Below, one piece after another: positions 29,201 through 42,868 of a DNA stretch of 64,000 nucleotides. Numbering within the stretch: position 1 is the first letter of the stretch; every line of letters begins with the position of its first letter. The position numbers were made by a program, and so were the translations under genes. The notes under the pieces are model-generated. The model had not been told where the DNA came from. It did no database searches and saw only the letters and a program-made list of their open reading frames with translations. This stretch comes from Tricharina praecox (Eukaryota): positions 1,240,001 through 1,304,000 of the forward strand of contig NW_026250405.1 of the NCBI RefSeq assembly GCF_024521635.1, read 5' to 3'.

Positions 29201-29941
29201 CGTCCCGCCCGCCCCGCGGTGATTCCACCCTCCGTCGATATGATATACCGACGAGCTCGGGGCGAAGCGTACCCACTTTTTGCTACTGTATGTACTGTAG
29301 GTGTTGTAGGCACTTATGCAGGCCATGACCACCTGACGTGTGTACACATGTATGTGCATAACTTCTGGAAGCGCCGGAACTGACGACCTGGGGATCGATT
29401 GGTTGGTCGGTTGGTCGGTGAGGCTGAAGTACCCTATGCATCATCACTCCCACCACTCCCACCAGTCCAACAGCTCTCTGATTCGCTGTGGTTACTCCCC
29501 TCTACATTCCTAGTACCGGTATCTAAATCAACGAACCACCCACAGCCGATTCCCGGGTACGAGCTGGAATGTGAGGAGGCGGTGATAATTTACCTATGCT
29601 AGGAAACTGTCTGATCGACAACCTTCGCCAGACTCCAGAGAATCGACAGGATCCGCGCGGAAATGGGGAAGGGCAGGACGTATAACTAATCGCTGAAACT
29701 CATAGATCATAGATCTGTAGACTGTGGGGTGCGCATGTACAAAGTATGCAGGAAGACTTTATTTTTTGTATGTAGTTATGCACATAAGCTTGAACGTCAC
29801 CTAGGTAGGTACTCAGGTACCAGTATGTGCATATGTGCCTTTCGGATTTCTGCACATCTCATCGAGTTGACAGTTGACACCTCTGTCGGCTGTTTCCCAT
29901 CCCGCCGTCACAGCCGTGCCTCGAGCAGCTCGGGCTCGGCT

Positions 29942-29981
29942 AGCCATTCCAGCCATTCCAGCCATTCCAGCCATTCCAGCC
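29942..29981. repeat. (AGCCATTCC)4 tandem repeat
   Basis: Read directly. Confidence 0.9.
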
Positions 29982-30668
29982 TGGTTGACGGAGTGATACT
30001 GCGTGATTCCATCACTCATATAGGTATTCGTTCTCACGGTACCCACCCGTTGTTTTAAACGGCTTTGCATATCCCACATGGTACATACCGATCTTGGATC
30101 TTTGGTTCGCGAGGAATGTCTTGAATCTTCTCTCTTGGCCTGTTTTTGACGAGAGACGGAGGGTCATGGTTATCGATAAATCCACCGATGGAAGTTAATA
30201 ACATTGATGGAGTCACGACTCTGCAATCCTTTTTGAATACTGGATATAGCAATGCCCGGATTGCCTGCTTCCTGTAGCTGAAGCATATATAGTGGGATTG
30301 CGGAATGCGGAATGCATGGAATTGCCGGTTGTCGTCGGCCACGACTCACCGAAGTTTTAAACTGTGGAATCGCCAAACCAACCTATTGTGTGGAGAGTGA
30401 CTCGACGAGTTTTAGAACAGCTGGCCGGTGGAGCACAATAGAACGAATGAGACTTTATCAATTGCGAAACCCGATCTATATACTCTAATAGGTGGTTCCC
30501 TTTGATCTCCAGAGCGCCAGCTGAGTAACCACCCAGCTGCCACCAGTAGCGCCGCATCTACCCCTCGCCCCCCACCACGTCAGTTACCCTACCCCTTCCA
30601 TCTAATCCCAAAACTTCCACTCCTCAGCACCCATAGGTAGCCGCAACGACCGCAGCACCACCGACCTA

Positions 30669-31703
30669 ATGCCGCCGTCGAACCCCCTCCTCGCCGCCGT
30701 GCTCCGGCCACTGGCCCTTGTCCGTGCGCCCCTCCCCGCCTTCACCGTCGCGCGCACACAACCCTTCACGACCACACCCGCCCCGCCCTTCGGCCTGCGC
30801 CCCAAGCGCATTTCCTCCTCCGGCTCCCCCGTCCTTCTCGAAGCCTCACGGGCAGCGGCACTCCTCCGGCGGCAACTCCCCGCGCGCACCGGCGCACTCG
30901 CCTACAAGACCGGTATGACCGCCCTCTACACTTCCACGGGGGAGCGAATTCCATGCACAGTCCTGCAGCTCGACCGAGTACAAGTGACCGCCGTGAAGGA
31001 GCGGGATACGCACGGGTACTGGGCTGTGCAGGTGGGTCTTGGTTGGCGCAATCCCAAGAACGTCACCCGGCCCATGCTGGGCCACTTCGAGGCCTGCGAG
31101 GTTTCCCCGAAAAAGACGCTGCGCGAGTTTAGGGTACGAGATAAGGAGGGCCTGCTGCAGCCCGGAACTATCATTACCGCAGATCATTTTACTGTAGGCC
31201 AGTTTGTGGATGTCCGCGCGAATTCGAAGGGGAAAGGGTTTGCGGGTGTAGGTCTACCTCTTCGTGTGGCGTGGGCGGGGTGTGGGGTGGTGGTGGATAA
31301 GTGTGCTGATGATGGTGATGCGCGCAGGGTATGAAACGTTGGGGATGGAGTGGACAGCCCGCGTCGCATGGTAACTCGCTCACCCACAGAGCGATGGGTT
31401 CGGCCGGTCAGTCGCAGGGAGGAGGTTCCCGTGTACTGCCGGGAAAGCGTATGGCTGGACGTATGGGTGGTCAGCAGCATACGGTTCAGAACTTGAAGGT
31501 TCTCCAGGTCGAGCCGGAGCTCGGTATTGTCATCGTCAACGGTACGTTCTACCACCACGGCAACACGGTGTGACTGCGGAGGTATGCCGGACTAACATGA
31601 CGTGCGTGTAGGAGCGGTGAGTGGGCCGAAGGGCTGTGTGGTTGAGCTACAGGATGCCATCAAGAAGCCTATGCCCGTGGCGGTTGCGGCGGAGACTTCA
31701 TGA
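30669..31703 (+). CDS. MRPL9: Mitochondrial large-subunit ribosomal protein uL3m (3 exons)
   Basis: Mitochondrial presequence plus L3 motifs KTGMT..RIPCTVLQLD, GYWAVQVG, GQFVDVRANSKGKGFAGGMKRWG, SHGNSLTHRAMGS, PGKRMAGRMG and NGAVSGPKG. Confidence 0.95.
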
Positions 31704-31926
31704 CCCGAGCGACCCTTGTACAATAACGTGTAATGTCACAATCGAACGCGGAAATAATCCCTTACAAACCTGTCACAATGTAGTATTTGCAGCGTAAAAA
31801 TCACGGATTCTGTAGTGTTTGAACGACTTCTGAATTTCGATTTGCGATGCAGATATACGCGGTAAATTCACTGTATCATACAAAAAAAGAAATATTACCG
31901 ATCGCCATCCCTTCCTTGAGCCCACC

Positions 31927-34900
31927 CTACAGTTCCACGTCGTCCATCTCACTGGGCTTGATCAGACCACCAACCCGCGCAGCCTTCTCCCTCTCAGCCC
32001 TGCGTGCCTCTTCCGCAGCGATCTCTCTGTCTTCAGCAAACAACTCAGTGTTGTCTCCGGCGGAGAACTCCTTGAGCTGGATCAGGAAGTCACGCAGATT
32101 CAGCTTGAACTTGACCAAGTCGTTGTTCAGCGCAAACAGCCCGTCAACAAAGGACTTCACTTGGTTCCTGTCAACCGGTTAGCATCTATCCGGAACCAGT
32201 AGCACTGAGAATACGTACGGCTGGAGGTGCGAGAATGCGCTCATCAGCAGGGAGGCAACGTACTCTCGCAGGAATTGCGAGTTGGACGTTCCAGCGGGGA
32301 CCTGGTCAGTGTAGAGCGGCGCCTGGACCTTGCCCGAGTCCACAAAGTAGAACATGCGCGAAAGCAACAAAGCCTGAAGCTTGAAGCCTGGTAGGTGTGT
32401 TAGCCGTGCCCAAAATACCCACAATCACTGGAGCGAAGCTTACCCGCTTTGTGGTCGGCGTCGGTCAAGACGAAGAAGATATCCTGCAGGATCGGAATGA
32501 AGAACTGCTGGAAGAAGCTACCCGCAGTCTGCACGTCCGTTTCAGCAATGTTGTTGATCAATTCGATACACATGTTGAGACCGGCCGATTCCACCTCACG
32601 ATTGTCATGCTTACTCGCCCAAAGACAAGCGTCAATGACGAACTTGAACTGCCGGCCGTCCAGCTTGAGCAATGCCTGGAAACAACTCAGATTGATCGCC
32701 CGCAACAGCTTGAAGAACTCCACTCGGTGTTCTGGATATTCGGAGAAATCTTTGTTGATCATCTCTAGGGTACACTCAAAGACATTCTCCATGATGATTG
32801 GGATCTTGTCCTCCATTAACTGCTGAAGCTTGCTGATGATGGTGGACATAACGTTCAGAACCTCCGCGTCTCGTGCATCCGGTACGTTGCGGTTGTAGTC
32901 AACGAGAACGGCATCCAGAAGCGGCGGTACGATGTTATTGTTCACCATCTCAAGGTCATCTGCTTTCTGGACGTAAATCTCGATCAACTTGAGAATCTCC
33001 TTTTTGACAGTGCGGAGTCCACGAATACGAGGCATCTTGGGAGCTACAGGTCCATCCCTTGCGATGCCCTCGGACACCATCTGGCTCACTGCACGATACA
33101 TAGAAAGCATATCCATGTAGATGCGCCCGATCTGCGGGTAGAAGTAGGTGCCGACCGACGTGCAGGCCGAGACATTAGTCTTCATGATGTTCCCGATGAT
33201 CTTGACTGTTTCAGTATTCTCGAGAATGCTGGGGTTCTGTGCGGCCTCCTGTATGATTTGATCCCACTGATGGAAAAGTTAGTATTGACCGGGATCTGAT
33301 ATCAGTAGTAGGGGCATACCGCTTGGTTGGGGAGGAGCATGAGGTCGGAAATCAGTCTCTCCTGAATTCCAGGCTGTCCCTGGGCATTAATCATATATCC
33401 ACACGCTTCGTAGAACGTGTGAACCTGCTGCGGTGAAAGGTCGCAAGTTATGCGCTGCATGTTTCGCACAATTTCGTCGATGAACGGTTCTGTCTCGCCT
33501 GGCTGAAGTGCGACGAAATGGCGTCTGCATTTCTGCGCAATCTTGATGAACGTATCACAGGCCATGTCCTGGACACCTTCGTGGGTTTCGTGCATGAATT
33601 CGAATAGCTTGTTGACCACGGTCTTCAAGAACTTCCAGTGAGCCTTCAGGAACCGCGGGTATTGCCCAACAATGTACATGATATTCGAGGCCACCACGGC
33701 CTTGTTGTCCTTTCCACGCTTCATCTCGGTCAAGCCTAGGAGATCCTTGATGACGGTGACCAGAAAGCGCTTTTCGGTCTCCTCGTTCATGGCTCCTGAA
33801 ATGGATCCGATAGCCCAGCAGAGGGTGTTGCAGTTGGCCCACGACCACTCGGAGCCGTCCACCTGCTTGGCAAGCTTCTCCGACATGATAGCCTCTGTGT
33901 CGATGACATCCAAGTGCGTAAGATAGACGAGGCATTCCCTGGTCGCCTTGTAGAGCTGGATGGTGTCGCTCTCCTTGACAAACTCACGTACGATCTCTCC
34001 CTCGTCGTTTTCGACAATTAAGACCTAGTTTCACTCTGGTCAGCAAGGCTACCCAAGATGCAAACAATCTTCATACCTCTTCGGGCTTGACCATCCGCTC
34101 GATCATGACCTGGCGAAGGTTGGTGAGCACATCGTGGTACAAATGCTTCCGCAATGGAAAGTTGGCGTGCATGTTGGGGTGCATGGCTCCGCCGCCGCCA
34201 GCGATACCACCGGAGATCATCTCTCGCATGCCGAGCAATGGATTCACGTCGGTCATTGGGATATTTTGCATCTCTTCATAGAGCTCTTGCACCAACTTAT
34301 TCCAATACTCCAGGCAGATCTTGAAGATCTCACGGTCCTCAATCTGAGAAATCCGGATCAGATAGAAGTGAGCATGCGCGAGATAATCCTTGTTAGCGAG
34401 TTTCTCGATGAGCTGCTCAAATCGTCAGTAGGCGCCTATAGGGGATAGATAGTCCGGCTCCTCTTACCTGTACATGAACGGTGAAGTAGTTGCAGAGGAA
34501 CAGCGCAAGGTTCTGGATGAACTCTTGATCCCTGCTGTTGCTGGTGTGGTATATGGACCTCAAATCGGTCGTGAGCGGTATTATGTTCGATACGCTAGTC
34601 ATGACCGTCGTGAACATTTGTACGAGCTTATCGTCGTACTCGAACTGCTTAACCTGAAGGCCACCGATCTCAGTTAGGCACTTCATGGTGACGTTTCTGA
34701 ACTCCGGTTGTTCCAGAAAACGTGAGCGGAGGGTGTCGATGATGTTGGTTTCGAAAATGTAGCCCAGTGGGATCCAATTGAGGAATCGCAGTAAAGTCTC
34801 CAGCGTAGCCTTCACCAGACTCGGCTGTTCGGCCATAGACAGCACCTCGGAACAAAGCTGGAAAATCGACGAGAACTCCTGACACATTGTCGTTTTGAGG

Positions 34901-35675
34901 TTTTTAGTCTTTGCTTGTGTCATCTGTTCTGCCGAAAAGTCAAACACCTCCTCGGAAAGCAACCGGAGGATAGCCATGTTGTTTTCGCAGATCGAGAAGT
35001 TCGTTCGGCAGGAGCTGATGATTTCATTGATGAAGTCTGGCCAGTCGTGCGGCCAATCCTGTTTGAGGATCGAGACAAGGACAAGATTCAACTTGTTGAT
35101 CAGCAGGCGCTGCTGATGTAGGCTGTCCGCGGTAGAAGAGGCCTGAATGATGAAGCCCACGACGAAGTTCCGTATACCTATTCTGTCAGCACGAACTGTT
35201 TCCAGTGATCCGCGTTCGTTGCATGATGAACTCACCCTGCCGCTGTTCCTTAGGAAGCACCTTCCACCTGGTCTGAATCACGGTATCCAAGACCTGTAAT
35301 CCGAGGACTGGGATCGAATTAGCACCAGACGCAGCAGAGAACAAATTCAAAGGACAGTTGGAGGGGGGCGGTGATATGCGGTACATTTGGTCTGGGGATA
35401 GCTGGCAGTCTCCAGAATCTTATCGACGAGGATCCAAGAGTCGGGATTTTCTCGGAACTGGTCTTGTTAGTACCCACCGACAGCTTCTGCGCAGCTCCAG
35501 AAGGCATACCTGATTCAAGAGTTGCTGGGCGTTTATTCTCTGGAAGGCCATACGGTGATCAGCAGATTGCGACCAAGTGGAGTCGCTGGACGTGAGCGGT
35601 TGTTACCTCCTGGCCAGCGCCCTCGTAGAACTGGCGGACATGCTTGTCCAATTCCTCGATAGACAGAGCAGCCAT
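31927..35675 (-). CDS. CRM1: Exportin-1 (Crm1/Xpo1/KapK), multi-exon
   Basis: Starts [19 protein letters not shown]. Contains [95 protein letters not shown] and [15 protein letters not shown]. Confidence 0.98.
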
Positions 35676-36725
35676 TATACTGTTTCGATCGGAGGACCCC
35701 TTTGAAGCGGAGAAGACTATGTGATTTGCAGACTCTCGCGAGGCGGGGGGAAATGCGGAGAATCAGCAGCGACAGGTGGTTGTTGTTGCTAAGGCAACGG
35801 CGGGGTTATCGGTGTATGGCGGGGTAAGTCGCGGAGGAACTGAGACTGGGGGGTTGTTGTAAGTTGTGCGTCTTTACGATGTAGAACACGGTATATGTGG
35901 AGAGAAGAGGGAGATTTTTTTCGGTTGAGCTTGCAGAGCAACTTGCTGGGCGATGGAGATGCAGAAGGTGTAGAGGAGTAGGGTATGTACTTGGCTTCGC
36001 GTTCGTGTAGATATGACGGGATTGGAGGCGTTGCCGCTCACTAGAGAGGTCTGGACGGTAGCGCCCAGAGCCGCATGTTAGCCGTCTGTTACCCGTCCGA
36101 ACATCAGAGTCCGGAGGCTATGAAGAGAGACTTGGCATCGAGACACAGATCGGAGAAACACGAAGAAACAAGTCCGACTGTCCAATAGCGTGACTACCCC
36201 TGGAACCATACATCGACTCCATTGATCGCAACAGCAACTTACATCACGCTGCAGGTTCCCTTTGATAGAAGAAGATGAGAAATGCAGTGAGGAGGGCATC
36301 TCTTCATAGCTTTTGCGTTCCCGGACTTCCGGTGCTGCGGCTTATGTATCTCGTGAGTATTAAGTTTGATCATGCCTCCGTTCGGAGATTTGATCCTTGT
36401 GAGTGAGCCGCCGTTCCGCGCTTACCAGCACCCATGTGGGCATTCAATGATACGGATTATCACTCGGTCTGCCCGGTCCCCATCTCACGATGACATGTTT
36501 GTCTTTAGGATCGGTATGATCCAGATAGCCGCAAGCACTCAATGATTAACCGAAAATATTGAGGACTGGTATCGTAGACAGGACGGGGAGTGCATCGCCA
36601 CGGTCCAACTGGGTCGCACGCGATTAACGACCACGTAAATAAAACAAAAATAAAAAGTCTTGACGATTAGTTTCGAAGGATTTGGCACGAATATCGACAA
36701 GCTCTTAAGTCCTCTTCAGATAGTC

Positions 36726-36775
36726 GAAGTTGAAAGCCGAAGTTGAAAGCACGGGTTGAAAGCTGAAGTTGAAGG
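36726..36775. repeat. Four GTTGAA(A)G units at 13-bp periodicity in the CRM1/CUE5 divergent intergenic region
   Basis: Units start at 36729, 36742, 36755 and 36768. Confidence 0.75.
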
Positions 36776-37579
36776 AAAAATATCAAAGACCGGAAAGAGC
36801 CACAGAAAATCTATTATGTATCAGGCTTAACGCCCCGGTTGCTTGAATATGTTCACTTCATTCTCTTCCTACACGCAACTCTCCTACAGAGCAACCAGCG
36901 AACCAAGACAAAAGCGATGAGGGGCTCTTTAGGAGCTGCACCGATCTGAGACAGCGTCATGGCGGGACGGTAAGCCATGGGGGAGCTTCAAAATTTGCTT
37001 TCTTTCTCTCCTCTTCATATCGTCTCTCAGCACGAATGCACCAATATCTTCGCGCTCTACCCAGATATGCGCACGTCACAATAGCAAGGCGACAGCATTC
37101 CACGCCATGTAGTCTCTCTAAATTCTCCAGCTATCTGCTGGCCTGCCTAACAGTAGCCTGTTTGACACATTCGCCTCCTCCGCACTCGCTAACATTTGGT
37201 GTGGCTAATGCAGCATAGAAAGCTCACGTTCTCACGGAGCTTCTCGGTGTATGGGAGAGTTTCTACGATGGCGTTTTACTGTTTCTGCTGGAGGACATGA
37301 TTACGTATCTGTATTTTTTTATGTGCATGGTGGTGGTAGGAGAGGAGGCAATTGTATTGTAAGTTGTCTCCTGGCCTGTCCAAAGTGGCGGTGCGTGCGC
37401 GGCCATTCTTTTAATGGGAGCACGTGAAATAGAAGCTCATAGCTCACACCAATCATTTCCCTCCCACCGCAGCCACCTCCACCACCACCAGACGCCCCGC
37501 CCTCCCCCACCACCTCCATCTCCATCCACATCCCCTTTTCCACCAACCAACAGCACTCGATAGCATAGCACAGCCCAAC

Positions 37580-38912
37580 ATGTCAGCCGACAATCCAGTA
37601 GACGTACGCTCACCCGCTCACGGATCCGTTCCGGGCCGAACTGACCTCTCGCAGCTTCCCGCGGCGCCCGTCGCCAGCCCACCCGCCGGAACCTCCGCGA
37701 CCCCACTCCCACCACCGCCGAAGGCGTCTACGCCACTCGCGGCGCCCACCCAGCCCACGCGGCCGCTGTCGCCGAACTCGCAGAACCAAGCGACGCTGAT
37801 CGAAGCATTCCCGAACATCGATGCGGCGGTAGTGCGGGCGGTGCTCGTTGCGTCGCGCGGCGACCTCGAGCCCGCCTTCAACGCGCTGCTGAGCATGAGC
37901 GACCCGTCTGCGGTGGTCGAGGAGGCACCGCCGCCGCAGCCCCCGCGCCCACGCGCCCAGCAGCACACGTCCACTTCCACGCCACAGAACCAGCTCGACG
38001 CTGATGCGCTGTATGCCCGCCAGCTGCAGGAGCACTTTGGTGCGCCCGCGCCGAGGCAGCATCTTAACGCGGGAATGGGCGGCGTGCGTAGGGCGAATAC
38101 CGGAGGGAAGCAGCCGCTGAGGAGACATCCGAACGATGAGAGCGATGATGAGTACTACACCAACGACGACCGGGACCGTCCCAGCTTCTTTGAGGAGGAT
38201 CTGCCCGTCATCAAGGAGAACATCAAGAAGGGATTCCTCGAGACCCAGGCGAAGGTCACCGGGTGGTTTGATGAGTTCAGGAAGAAGATCGATGGCGAGG
38301 ATCAGCCCGAGGGATCCATGGGCAGGGCACACGGCGAGCAGAGTCCTCCGCAGCGCACCAGTGGCCAGTATGCGCGGACGGGAAATAGACGCCAGTATGG
38401 TGCCGGTGGCTCGTATGACGCCCCGAGACGCTCACGGGACGGATACGATGCGGATCCCAAAGTGCTGTCGGATGACTTCACGCACTTGAGCCTGAAAGAC
38501 AACACCGAATGTACGTCCATCCTCTCGCCCCCTATCATATCACCCCACTAAAATTCACCTCTGTGTAGCCGCCCCCCGCCGCCCCAAAGCCAACCCCAAC
38601 CTATTCCAGCCCTCGGCGACCACCGGCCGCCGCGTGTCGTTCGAGGACCGTCCGACCATGATCGACAGCACCAACGACGACGACCTCTACCGGCCAGCTA
38701 GCGCGACAGGCAACCGGTCTTCTCCCGCGGGAAACAGCAAATGGGAGCCGCTCAAGAGCGTCGACGCAGAGCCACTGCACAAAGACCCCTTCAGTCTCGA
38801 GGACAGCGATGATGAGAAAGACGGCCTCATCAAGGAGAGCGAGGAGAAGAATGTCAAGAAGCCGATCAGTGTTACTGGGCCGCAGGAGACGGGGGTTACT
38901 AAGAATCCGTAG
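37580..38912 (+). CDS. CUE5: CUE-domain ubiquitin-binding protein, Cue5-like (2 exons; intron 38511-38568)
   Basis: CUE domain LIEAFPNIDAAVVRAVLVASRGDLEPAFNALLSMSDP. Also QLDADALYARQLQEH, FFEEDLPVIKENIKKGFLETQ and a C-terminal KWEPL. Confidence 0.85.
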
Positions 38913-39060
38913 CTGGGAGGACGCGGTTGGTTAGTGGGAAGTGAATCGAGTCTCGTGCTCACCTTACCTTACGCTTACTTCTTACCGTTGAGTGCTTGTT
39001 CCTTCTTCTTCTTCTTTCCGCCTGCAAAGTAGTGAGTTTTACTATATCGTATTTGTCAAG

Positions 39061-39121
39061 CCTGCCGTTTACCTGCCGTTTACCTGCCGTTTACCTGCCG
39101 TTTACCTGCCGTTTACCTGCC
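39061..39121. repeat. 11-bp minisatellite (CCTGCCGTTTA) x5.5 in the CUE5 3' region
   Basis: Read directly. Confidence 0.95.
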
Positions 39122-40453
39122 ATTTCGCTTTACCTATGCTATGCAAGTATGTACCGTTTGCCATCCCGTTTATGTACCCCACCTACCACTACCACTGTCA
39201 AGCGCGATCCTACATACTCTACATGAGTAAGTGGGGAAACCTTAATCGCAACATCCCTCCGCCTGGAGTCCGCCATGATCCATCCCTCAGTGCTCACTCG
39301 TCGTCACCAGTATATGTAGACAGTAGCCACAGCACAAGCCACAAGCCACTAACCAGACGTCTGAAGAACCACTCCCATCACTCACAGCCCATCACAGCCC
39401 AGCCCAGTCGCATACCTACCACCCCGCAGCGCAACTAACTCTCATCATCCCCAAGCCCACACCATCCAACCGCCTCGCCATCTCCACCTCCACCTCCACC
39501 TCGGCGATTCCCCGCCATGCCTAGTTCCTATACCTACCTAGCTGTCGATGCGGAAGGTGGACCTCCACACCGGAGTCTGGAGAAAGCCGGGAAATTAAAA
39601 TTGGACCCGCTACTATAGACTAAGGATTCCCCCGCCAAGTACGGACCGGCCGAGGCGGAATAGAGCTGGGAAATGAGATTTCCCCTTTGTTGCTTTTCAG
39701 TCTGTTGGAACTTGGGTTGGGCTATATCTACAGGTGTACTTGGTATATATCTAGGTGGGTGATGAGTTCTGTTGGTCCGTCGTCCTTCCTTCCTTCAGTG
39801 AATACACGGGTCGTGTGTTCATGAAAAGGAGACCGTCACCCCGTCCCCGTTGCTCCCCCATTGCTCCCATCCATCTGGACCGGAGAAGGAGGTGGTTCAA
39901 CCTTCAACCGCGAAGTATATATCCAACAGGAAATGCACTAATACATTGAGGAAGCAAGCATTCTATGATTCAATTGTATATAAATTGCTCGAACATACCG
40001 ACCGTATTCCCCCCTTCTTCCGAATGAGTAGAGTACCTAGAGTACAACACACCATAGGCTCCCAGAGCCTTCTCCTTTTTCTTCCCCCCAAAACCCCATC
40101 ATCAAACCAGCGGCCGTAAAACTTCATGAAACCCATCTCCTTCTCCTTCCCCTCGCTCCTTCCTTCCTACCTCCCTCCTCCCTTCTCAAAAGGCCCAGTT
40201 CAGTTCTAGTTAAACGCCGACCCGGGTAGATATTCCCAGTCTTCCCCTCGGGGAACCGAAAGGAAAAAACATAAGAGAGGAAAGATAATAAGAAATATAA
40301 AAATAAAGAGAAACTCCAACTTAGAAGTAGCTGGCCAGCCATTATTCAGAAATCACACGTAGATCATCGACTTATAAACAAGAGTAAGGTAAAAGTAAGA
40401 AATGATACTCTAAACAGGAAAACAACAGAATCATCGCAGATGATCCGAGTTGC

Positions 40454-41642
40454 TTACTCGTCGATGGGGTCCAACCAGGCCCAAGTGATGGAGATGTTGC
40501 CCTCAGCGAAGTCGCCAAGGTCACCGAAGGCGGCCCGAGAAAGGTCGACGTGGTCCGGAGTCTGATAGGTGTTAGATAGAGGTTTGGGTGGTGAGGGTAT
40601 AAACAAAGAGAGAAAAAACTCACGCAGCCAGGACATGTGTCGACGACGGTGGCGATGACCTCCTTTCCTCCGCGAGTGCACTTGATGCGCTTTCCTGTTT
40701 GTTTGTCAGATACCGGTGTACGAAGGGCGGGGATTGATGGGGAAAGGCACTAACCACAAAGCGGGTTGTTGTTGGGGTTTCCAGTGTCGTATTTCATCAT
40801 GATCTCCTTGGAGATGGCGACGACAAGCTCAGAGTCGGTGTGCTCCTGGCCGCAAGATCCCATACCAGTGTCGTAGTAAGTGGCCTTACCATCGGTGCCG
40901 CCGGTCAGAGGGCTAAAGCGCGCAGGCTTGTCAGCAATTGGTCTCGAAAAACATATGCGGTGGTATATAAAAAAGAGAAAGGCACGGGGAGCCGAGCTCG
41001 GACTGAGGACCGAGGATGCACATACGTAGTCAATGTGGGCTCGGGCTCAGGAGTGGCCACAGGCTCAGGAGTGGTCTCTGGCTCGGGAGTGGTCTCTGGC
41101 TCGGGAGTGGTCTCTGGCTCAGGAGTGGGCTCAGGAGTGGTCTCTGGCTCGGGCGCCTCGGTTGTAGGCTCAGGCTTAGGAGTGCTGGTCGGGGGAGTGT
41201 AAGTTGATGTCGGCGTAACAATTTCCTCCTCTTCGGGAGCTTCCGGCTCCTCCTCTTCGGGAGCTTCGGTTTCGGTGGGTTCTGGGGATACGTACGTTGA
41301 GGTAGGCTCCGGAGTGTATGTGGTCGTGGGTTCCTCAACGCTGGTGGTGCTGGTGGACGTCTCCTCGGTTGAAGTGAAGGTTGTGGTGGGGGTGGGGGTG
41401 GGAGTGGTGGTTGTGGATGTGGTCTCCTCCTCCTCGAGGTACTCCTCGGTGGACGAGGTGAGCGTCGCAGTCATCTTCCGAGTGGGCTTCACCGTGGCCT
41501 TCACGTAGTAGGTGCTAGTGACGGTGACCACGTGCACCACATTCTCGTATACTGTGACGACCCTTGCTTCCCGCTCGCGGATGGGCGCAGCGAGGACACC
41601 GCAGAGGGCGGAGGCCATCAGGAAAAGAGTTTGCGTCTTCAT
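40454..41642 (-). CDS. Secreted RlpA-like double-psi beta-barrel (expansin/loosenin/Asp f 7-like) protein with Thr/Glu/Pro stalk (4 exons)
   Basis: Signal peptide MKTQTLFLMASALCGVLA and EPETTP 18-bp repeats (~41040-41170). Spliced C-terminal domain GKATYYDTGMGSCG..VVAIS..NPNNNPLCGKRI..TVVDTCPGC..VDLSRAAF..ITWAW. Confidence 0.9.
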
Positions 41643-42780
41643 TTTTGGTGGATGTAAGGATTGACTTGGGGATGAAAGAGGTTATCCGAGTGAGTGAGAG
41701 CGAGCAGGTTACTGGGAACAGCTGTGAGTGTTGCGTTGCTTCGATTCTTCTTTTATCCGTCGAGGGGTTGTAGATTGATATACAATGGGTCGGAAGTCTT
41801 CGAGACTTGAAGGAGTGATGTGGTTGGAGAGCTGAAGGAAGTTGCTCCGATTTGCTGTGCGGTGGGGATGTGCTGTAGAAGCTGGTTTTGATAGGTTGCT
41901 TTTTATCTGCGTGTTGTTCTGGACCTGAAGGAGGCGGACCGGAGGCAAGATGCAATCGATAGAAGCAGCGGGGATGGATGGAGGGATTGAAAAATCCTTG
42001 CTTGCACTGAGAGCGTGCAGAACGTGGGGTGTGAGGTTCAAAGGAATGACCGTGGGGAGGGATAGAGAGAGAGAGTGGGTGAGATGCGGCAGAAAAGCGA
42101 GGACTGGGTTGGTTTTGAGGGCAGGAATCAGCTTGGCGGGCTGGAGCCCAATGGGGGCTCACCAACTGACCAGTCCCACGGGGGGGTAGGGGTGGCAGGG
42201 GGGATTGTGGTTCGACGCCACAGACCATCACCAACAAGAGCAAGTACGAGCAAGTACGAGCTGGGAGGTGGCCATTCAGGAATAGCCGCAGCACTGCCGG
42301 GCGGGCGGGGGGGGGGGAGCCGGGAGATTTGTGCTGAGCCTTCACGAGTTAGACTCTCGCACCGTCTCGCACTCCCTCCCTCCCACCATCCCTTTCGCTC
42401 TCCCCTCGGGCTCGGCGGCCAACCATCCGGATGATTATGATGACGATGATGTTGATGATCGCGAGGGCTTGAGCTCTGGGGATCTGCTTCGCTTCATGTC
42501 CGAACGTCCGAGGCCGGAGCAGATAGAGCATCACGAGGAGATAGGCCGTGTAGCGCATGTCTGAATCTCGACTGCTAGCTGTCATGGTAGAGTTCCGGTT
42601 CCTGGAGATCCCAACTGACGATAGAGTGCACGGTATAGTGGTCGACACCGGTAGATTAGCAGAGCAGCTGAAGGCTGAAGCGACAAGCACCCGATGCAAT
42701 CTATCCAGCGAAGCGCTAGAAGGCGTCCCATGCGCTCCGCTCGGACGAGGCAGGCATGTGTGAGCACTCGCCGCTGGATG

Positions 42781-42868
42781 TGTTGCTGCCTTTGTTTGCC
42801 TTTGGTATGCGAGATCTGTTGCTGCCTTTGCCTTTGGTATGCGGAATCTGCTGCTGCCTTCGGTGTGC
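42781..42868. repeat. Degenerate ~30-36 bp tandem repeat (TGTTGCTGCCTTTG..CCTTTGGTATGCG..ATC), about 3 copies
   Basis: Read directly. Confidence 0.75.
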
